Below, piece after piece: positions 39,001-44,974 of a stretch of DNA of 44,974 bases. The notes beneath the pieces are model-generated. The model ran no database searches. It was not told the DNA's origin and worked only from the letters and a program-made list of their open reading frames with translations. Each line of letters opens with the position of its first letter. Positions within the stretch are counted from its first letter, which is position 1. Source of the DNA: an uncultured Saprospiraceae bacterium (lineage in GTDB: Bacteria > Bacteroidota > Bacteroidia > Bacteroidales > CAYLPA01); contig CAYLPA010000002.1 in the NCBI GenBank assembly GCA_964385385.1, forward strand, positions 6,343 to 51,316. Direction: 5' to 3'. Both the position numbers and the translations under genes were made by a program.

Positions 39001-40005
39001 TTATTTATTAGGTTTATACCTCGATTTTGAAAGAATTTCCTGAGAGTCTGTTTCATCCATCAATTCTTTAAGAGTAATCTCTTTATTATTGTTCATATAT
39101 TTTTTTACAATTCCCCAACCAATAAAATCACTTGTTCTTGCCGGTGATTCTTTTGAAAAAATTGATGTAAAAGGTCCTTCAACAATAAATTTATTAATTA
39201 CAGAATTATTTGTTGAATACAATAATTTATTTTCAATAAAATATGACCAAATATTTGATTCGTTTTTCTCACACCATTCTAATTGTTTTTCTGAATATTT
39301 TATTTTCAAAGTATCAGGTTCATCAGGCATCATAGCATCAATAAAATATAAGATTTTCCCTTGATAAATCATTTTATCAAGAAGGGTTTTATTATCCTTT
39401 CCAAAATTAATTTTTTGCAAAGCAATTTCTTTGATGCAATCAACAACAATTAATTCCTTACTCATCCATTTAGTTTTATATGAAGGCAGACCAATTTTAA
39501 TATATGGCTCATAATCTGCCCCCAAATACATATCCAGAGCAATTATCATGACATCATCCAAAAATTTAATTGGATATTCATAATCTAAACCCGAAATATA
39601 AGAGTAAACTGTGGGGATATTATTTTCAGGATAATAATATTTGATATGTTTATAGGCTGTTGTCAACTGTTTATCCAAATTATTAAGGTCAGAATATTGT
39701 TTGAATGTTTCTTTTGAAATGTTTATCAACACAGGGTCTAACAGATAATCTCTGATTTTTATAATATTGGTTGTATCATCAAGATTTGAACCAAGAAAAA
39801 ATTCATACTCTTTTTGAAGTTTTTTTAATTCGGTTTGTAAATTTTCAATATTAATTTCAAATAATGCTTTCCCATATCTTTTAATTTGAATATTAATATC
39901 TATTTCCGATACATCAACATCTAATTTTCTTTTATCTTTACACGCTTGGAAAAGGAGTGTGATTAACATAAAAAAAAGAATAATAACTTGAAACTTTTTA
40001 TTCAT
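39001..40005 (-). CDS. gldB: Gliding motility lipoprotein GldB
   Basis: Lipobox FQAC, IALDMYLG, TLLDKMIYQGK, EGPFT, ESPAR, and C-terminal SRYKP. Confidence 0.85.
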   Translation of the reverse strand: MNKKFQVIILFFMLITLLFQACKDKRKLDVDVSEIDINIQIKRYGKALFEINIENLQTELKKLQKEYEFFLGSNLDDTTNIIKIRDYLLDPVLINISKETFKQYSDLNNLDKQLTTAYKHIKYYYPENNIPTVYSYISGLDYEYPIKFLDDVMIIALDMYLGADYEPYIKIGLPSYKTKWMSKELIVVDCIKEIALQKINFGKDNKTLLDKMIYQGKILYFIDAMMPDEPDTLKIKYSEKQLEWCEKNESNIWSYFIENKLLYSTNNSVINKFIVEGPFTSIFSKESPARTSDFIGWGIVKKYMNNNKEITLKELMDETDSQEILSKSRYKPNK

Positions 40006-40108
40006 TTGTTAATTAAATTTTTAATAAAAATTATTATTTAACTTTAGAATTTGTAAAAATAGTATTAATTTTATTTTTGAAATCCATGTAATAACAAAAT
40101 TTAAAAAG

Positions 40109-41194
40109 ATGAAATCATTTAAACTTAAAATTGGAGGCATAATATCAATCTTTTTATGTCTTTTTTTAATGACAAACCAGCAGTCCTATGCTCAAAAAGA
40201 GTTAGTTAAATTTTTATCAACAAATATTGAAGATGGAAACAAAATAATTGAAGCATGGACTCAGCCCTATCTAACAGCTAATGGAGTTAATCTTAACAAT
40301 GGATGGTATGTTAGTGCTGACCCCTTAAAACTCGGAAGATTTGAATTTCGATTAATAGGAATGTCATGCTTTACACCTTTTAGTGAAAGATTGTTTAATG
40401 TTCAAGACCTTGAACTTTCAAATCTAAAAGTAAAGTCAGGAGAAAATCTTGAAACTTCTACAATTTTCGGCAAAAGCGGAGACGCAACAACATTGGAAAT
40501 GCTTATTGATGACTCTAATCCAGGACAAACAAATGAATTTAAATCTCCATCAGGAACAGGAATTTCATTTCTTCCTTCATTCACACCTCAAATATCTGTT
40601 GGTCTTATTAAAGGTACTGAAATAATGGTAAGATGGCTTCCGGATATTAATTATAGTGGTCTTAAAAAAAGCAGTTGGGGTGTAGGTTTAAAACATGATA
40701 TTTTACAATGGATACCTGCAGCAGAAAAACTTCCATTTTCATTGTCATTGATAGGAAATTATGCTCAAACAAGTTTAAGCTATGGAGGAAAATTATTAGA
40801 ACCTGCAACAGGAATTACAAACCCAGATACTGTAAGTAAGTATGATGACCAGGGCATTGCATTTGAAAATTCTGCATGGAGTGCAGGATTAGCAATATCA
40901 AAAAAACTTCCTGTATTAACAATTTTCGGAGGACTTCATGTCAATAGCTCAACAAGCACAATTGGTTTAACTGGCAATTTTCCTGTATTAACATATAACA
41001 GTACTTCTCTTCAAAAAGAAATAACAAATATCGAAGGTTCTAAAATAGATATCGAATCAAAAAACACACAATTCGTAATTAATGCCGGATTAAGAATAAA
41101 AATGGGAATCATGCATATAACATTTGGAGGAAATTATGCTACTAATGGTTATTATTCAGCGATTCTTGCTTTAGGTATTGGTTATTTTAATTAG
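40109..41194 (+). CDS. Exported probable outer-membrane protein, DUF6588-like
   Basis: Signal peptide, LNNGWY, PQISVGLIKGTE, GVGLKHDILQW, and amphipathic beta-strands at the C-terminus. Confidence 0.65.
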   Translation: MKSFKLKIGGIISIFLCLFLMTNQQSYAQKELVKFLSTNIEDGNKIIEAWTQPYLTANGVNLNNGWYVSADPLKLGRFEFRLIGMSCFTPFSERLFNVQDLELSNLKVKSGENLETSTIFGKSGDATTLEMLIDDSNPGQTNEFKSPSGTGISFLPSFTPQISVGLIKGTEIMVRWLPDINYSGLKKSSWGVGLKHDILQWIPAAEKLPFSLSLIGNYAQTSLSYGGKLLEPATGITNPDTVSKYDDQGIAFENSAWSAGLAISKKLPVLTIFGGLHVNSSTSTIGLTGNFPVLTYNSTSLQKEITNIEGSKIDIESKNTQFVINAGLRIKMGIMHITFGGNYATNGYYSAILALGIGYFN

Positions 41195-41255
41195 AAAAAT
41201 TCTATAATTTTTAAAAATAAATGCTATAAATTCTTAAAAAACAAAATATAAACTT

Positions 41256-41975
41256 ATGAAAAAACTTGTTATAATATTTGTTGTATTAACTTTTGCTGTA
41301 AACTCTATTTACGCTCAAGATGAAAACTCAAAATTTCACTTTGGATTAAAAGCATCTCCTTCACTCTCATGGATGAAACCTGATATTAAAGGAATTTCAA
41401 GCGACGGTTCAAATATTAATTTCTCTTATGGTTTAATAACTGAATTTAATCTAACACCGTCGTATATATTTTCTACTGGTATTGAAATTATGAATACAGG
41501 CGGAAACCTTTCATTCGATGCTAACAATGTGTATTATATTTCAGACAGTAACACCATTAATCTTGACTCGCGAAAATATAATATAAGATACCTGAATATT
41601 CCTATAGGATTAAAATTCAAAACTAAGGAAGTAGGATATTTCACTTATTTTGCTCAATGTGGAATTGATATAGGATTAAGATTAAAAGCCTCTGCTGACG
41701 ATAAAGGGAAACTTCAAAATACTCCTTCAAAATATGAAGATATTGATATTATTGATGATACACAATTTTTCAGAACAGCATTAAACATTGGAGTTGGATT
41801 TGAATATGGATTAGTAGGAAATACAGTGCTTTTGGTTGGTATAAATTATAATAATGGATTTTCAAATGTATTGCATAAAGATGCTGATAAACTTAATGAT
41901 ATTACCAGCAATAATCCTATTAAACAAAAAGCATATACTAATTATATTTCATTAACTTTGGGTGTTTTGTTTTAA
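41256..41975 (+). CDS. Outer-membrane beta-barrel (PorT-like porin family)
   Basis: Signal peptide, FGLKASP, YLNIPIGLKF, YNNGFSN, and C-terminal LTLGVLF beta-signal. Confidence 0.8.
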   Translation: MKKLVIIFVVLTFAVNSIYAQDENSKFHFGLKASPSLSWMKPDIKGISSDGSNINFSYGLITEFNLTPSYIFSTGIEIMNTGGNLSFDANNVYYISDSNTINLDSRKYNIRYLNIPIGLKFKTKEVGYFTYFAQCGIDIGLRLKASADDKGKLQNTPSKYEDIDIIDDTQFFRTALNIGVGFEYGLVGNTVLLVGINYNNGFSNVLHKDADKLNDITSNNPIKQKAYTNYISLTLGVLF

Positions 41976-42016
41976 AAATGTTTCATCAACTTAAGCCATT
42001 TTAATTTTTTCTGCTA

Positions 42017-43648
42017 ATGAAAATAGCTCTCGCACAACTAAACTATCATATAGGAAACTTTGAAAGTAATATTTCAAAAATAATTAAGGCAGTAAAAAAA
42101 GCAAAACAAAACAAAGTTGATATTGTTGTGTTTGCCGAATTAGCTGTTTCGGGATACCCACCTCGCGATTTTCTTGAATTCACTGATTTCATCAATAAAT
42201 GTGAAAATGCAATTCAACAAATAGCAAAAGAATGCACAGGAATTGCTGCTATTATTGGAGCTCCATCAAAAAATGTTGAGGGCAAAGGAAAAAGACTGTA
42301 TAACTCTGCTTTTTTTATTACTGACGGAAAAATCCAAAAAATCATAAATAAAACCTTGCTCCCGAATTATGATATTTTTGATGAATATCGATATTTTGAA
42401 CCAAATAAAAAATTTGAACTTGTTGAATATAAAAACAAAAAAATTGCTGTTACAATTTGTGAAGACATCTGGAATATAAGTGATGTACCTTTATACACGG
42501 TTAATCCCATGGATGAATTGATTAAACTAAATCCTGATTTTATGATTAATATTTCTGCTTCACCATTTCATTATGATCAGCCGGAAATCAGAAGAGAAAT
42601 TTTAATTAAACACACTCAAAAATATAAACTTCCATTGTTTTATGTAAGTCATGTTGGAGCACAAACCGAAATGCTTTTTGATGGAAACTCGATGGTTCTT
42701 AATTCCGATGGTGAAATTATTGATGAACTTAAATATTTTTATGAGGACTTTAAAATTTTTAATGTTGACGATATTCAAAATAAAAAATACGAGTTTCAAA
42801 ACATAAGCAAAATTGAATTAATCCACGAAGGATTAGTTATGGGAGTTAAAAATTACTTCCAGAAATTAGGTTTTCAAAAAGCTATTCTCGGGCTTTCGGG
42901 CGGAATTGATTCTGCTGTAACTCTCGTCATAGCAGAAAAAGCTCTTGGCAAAGAGAACATTAAAGCACTTTTGATGCCATCAAAATTCTCATCCGAACAT
43001 TCGATTAATGATGCTAAAGAATTAGCTGAAAATTTAGGAGTTGACTACGAAATTATAAATATTGAAAATGATTTCAAAAGTGTTAATAAAACTTTAGAAC
43101 CATATTTCAAAAATTTGCCTTTTAACATTGCCGAAGAAAATATTCAAGCTAGATTGAGAGGATTAATTCTTATGGCATTCACAAATAAATTCGGTTATAT
43201 TTTGCTTAACACTTCAAACAAAAGCGAGATGGCTGTAGGCTATGGAACTTTGTACGGAGATATGTGCGGAGGATTGTCAGTTTTGGGTGATGTTTACAAA
43301 ACACAGGTTTTTGAACTTGCTAGTTTTATTAATAAAAATAAAATTGTAATTCCGGTAAATACTATTACAAAACCACCTTCGGCAGAATTGCAACCTAATC
43401 AAAAAGATTCTGATTCATTACCCGATTACGAAATTCTTGATAAAATCCTTTTTCAATATATTGAAAAACGTTTAAGCCCAAAAGAATTAATAAATATGGG
43501 ATTTGATGAAAAAATTGTTAGAAAAACATTGAAATTGGTAAACACAAACGAATACAAAAGAAATCAAGCTCCACCGGTTTTAAGAATCTCAGCAAAAGCA
43601 TTCGGCATGGGCAGAAGAATGCCTATTGTAGGAAAATATTTATCTTGA
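42017..43648 (+). CDS. nadE: Glutamine-dependent NAD+ synthetase
   Basis: Nitrilase-type domain (FAEL, K.LLPNY..FDE.RYF, ICED) plus GLSGGIDS, ENIQAR, NKSE, YGTLYGD, PSAEL. Confidence 0.97.
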   Translation: MKIALAQLNYHIGNFESNISKIIKAVKKAKQNKVDIVVFAELAVSGYPPRDFLEFTDFINKCENAIQQIAKECTGIAAIIGAPSKNVEGKGKRLYNSAFFITDGKIQKIINKTLLPNYDIFDEYRYFEPNKKFELVEYKNKKIAVTICEDIWNISDVPLYTVNPMDELIKLNPDFMINISASPFHYDQPEIRREILIKHTQKYKLPLFYVSHVGAQTEMLFDGNSMVLNSDGEIIDELKYFYEDFKIFNVDDIQNKKYEFQNISKIELIHEGLVMGVKNYFQKLGFQKAILGLSGGIDSAVTLVIAEKALGKENIKALLMPSKFSSEHSINDAKELAENLGVDYEIINIENDFKSVNKTLEPYFKNLPFNIAEENIQARLRGLILMAFTNKFGYILLNTSNKSEMAVGYGTLYGDMCGGLSVLGDVYKTQVFELASFINKNKIVIPVNTITKPPSAELQPNQKDSDSLPDYEILDKILFQYIEKRLSPKELINMGFDEKIVRKTLKLVNTNEYKRNQAPPVLRISAKAFGMGRRMPIVGKYLS

Positions 43649-43664
43649 AATATAAATTAAAATT

Positions 43665-44723
43665 ATGAAAAAATCATTACTATTAATTATTTGCATTTTA
43701 ATGAGTGTTTACACTTTCTCTCAAATTACAGTTACAAGCTCCGATTTTATTGGTATTGGCGATGTTGTTCTGTCTTCCGTTGACTCAACTCAGTTAACAT
43801 CAATATCACCCGGCTCAACAGGAACAAATCAAAGCTGGGATTTCTCTTCTCTTTCGGAAGACTATGCTGACACAACATTATTTACAAATCCCAATTGGAC
43901 TCCTTTTGGAAGTAATTTCCCTACATCAAATCTTGTTATGTATGACAATATGGATGACATGTACTTTTATCTTGAAAAATCTTCAACTGGTTTATATGGA
44001 TTAGGAATTGCCGGTGTATTAATAGGCACTACTCCATCAATACTTCCTTTTACTCCTAAAAAGACTCTTCTTGAATTTCCTTTAAATTATCTTGATTCAT
44101 ACACAAGTGTTTCAACAATGATAATTAGAATAACAGGCATAATCCCAAACGTAGATTCTATGCTAATAAATCAAAACGAAACAGTAATTCACGAAGTTGA
44201 CGCATGGGGAAATGTTACTATTCCTTTAGGTACTTTTAATGCATTAAGAATTTATGAAACAACAATAAACATTGACAGCACATGGTTTCTTGCTATGGGA
44301 AATTGGTCTTTTATTGATGCTACAATTGACACTACTTATAGTTATGCATGGTACACTAATGATAATGCAGCAGGTTTTACTTTAGTTCAAATGGATTACG
44401 AACCAAGCACCGGTTTCGTTAGTTATGTTTCTTATTTGAAAGCCACACCAACCCCTACAAGCATTTCGGAACAAAGCAATGAAAATTCTTTTAACATTTA
44501 TCCTAATCCTGCTTCATCAAAAATTAATTTCGACATGAATAATGAAGAAAATGTTTATGTAGATATTTATGAAACAACAGGAAAAAAAGTTGAAAGCAGA
44601 TTTCTTGTAAATAAAAATAATTCCTTTGATTTAAGCAATTATTCCGAAGGAATTTATTTCTTTAATGTCAGGGAAATTAATGGCTCAATTATCCAAAAAG
44701 GCAAATTTATTGTTAGTAGATAA
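43665..44723 (+). CDS. T9SS type A sorting domain (CTD) cargo protein, function unknown
   Basis: Signal peptide, SWDFSSL, DAWGNVTIPLGTF, and CTD IYPNPA...GIYF...KFIVSR. Confidence 0.85.
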   Translation: MKKSLLLIICILMSVYTFSQITVTSSDFIGIGDVVLSSVDSTQLTSISPGSTGTNQSWDFSSLSEDYADTTLFTNPNWTPFGSNFPTSNLVMYDNMDDMYFYLEKSSTGLYGLGIAGVLIGTTPSILPFTPKKTLLEFPLNYLDSYTSVSTMIIRITGIIPNVDSMLINQNETVIHEVDAWGNVTIPLGTFNALRIYETTINIDSTWFLAMGNWSFIDATIDTTYSYAWYTNDNAAGFTLVQMDYEPSTGFVSYVSYLKATPTPTSISEQSNENSFNIYPNPASSKINFDMNNEENVYVDIYETTGKKVESRFLVNKNNSFDLSNYSEGIYFFNVREINGSIIQKGKFIVSR

Positions 44724-44759
44724 TAAGCGGTAAATTTTACTTTTTTATAAATACAAATT

Positions 44760-44871
44760 AAGGCTGAAAGCCTTTTACAACAAAACTTGGGGCAAAGCCC
44801 CAAGAATAATGACGAAATACAGAAAATCAGTCTGAAAGCCTGAGACAATTTTCTCTCAGGCTTACCCTGAT
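44760..44871. repeat. REP/REPIN-like palindrome cluster
   Basis: Hairpins aaggct-gaa-agcctt (44760-44774), cttggggc-aaa-gccccaag (44786-44804), near-palindrome tcagtctgaaagcctga (44827-44843), and aagcctgaga-N8-tctcaggctt (44836-44863). Confidence 0.7.
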
Positions 44872-44974
44872 AATTTTGGTTTTATCTATTTGCTTGCAGA
44901 TGCAGATTCTTTTTATTCTTTATGGTCTAATTGAAAAAACATGGTTGCTATTTTTTAAGTAATTCATTGATTAA

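Noticed and set aside
42017-43648. Functional link between nadE and the SIR2 NADase
   Set aside because: They are about 22 kb apart, and nadE sits in its usual housekeeping context near gldB and engB.
44654-44848. 64-aa minus-strand ORF
   Set aside because: Runs through the palindromic repeat and the end of the CTD gene, with no coding signal.

Overview
AT-rich chromosomal segment from a member of Bacteroidota, probably an anaerobic Bacteroidales-type lineage. It is mostly housekeeping. In order it carries: partial murF; gldJ and porP/sprF; an ArsC-like phosphatase plus a TMTC-like GT-C/TPR membrane protein; porU-porV-ispF; dxs; pta, a 3-hydroxyacyl-CoA dehydrogenase-like gene and ackA; a two-gene accessory islet (an alpha/alpha-toroid protein and a GC-rich stand-alone SIR2-domain gene); yqeY; the dcw cluster from mraZ to ftsZ with a triple MraZ box; a glsA/glsB-like acyltransferase pair; engB; gldB; two outer-membrane barrels; nadE; and a T9SS cargo protein. 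I saw no rRNA, tRNA, CRISPR array or intact transposase. The most unusual items are: (1) the partnerless, compositionally foreign SIR2 gene; (2) an element at 511-780, missed by the ORF track, with inverted arrays of 9-nt tandem repeats around a decayed four-helix-bundle-like ORF; (3) a TMTC-type glycosyltransferase inside the T9SS/gliding locus; and (4) a REP/REPIN-like hairpin cluster at the right end. All family calls come from motif recognition by eye; no database search was run.
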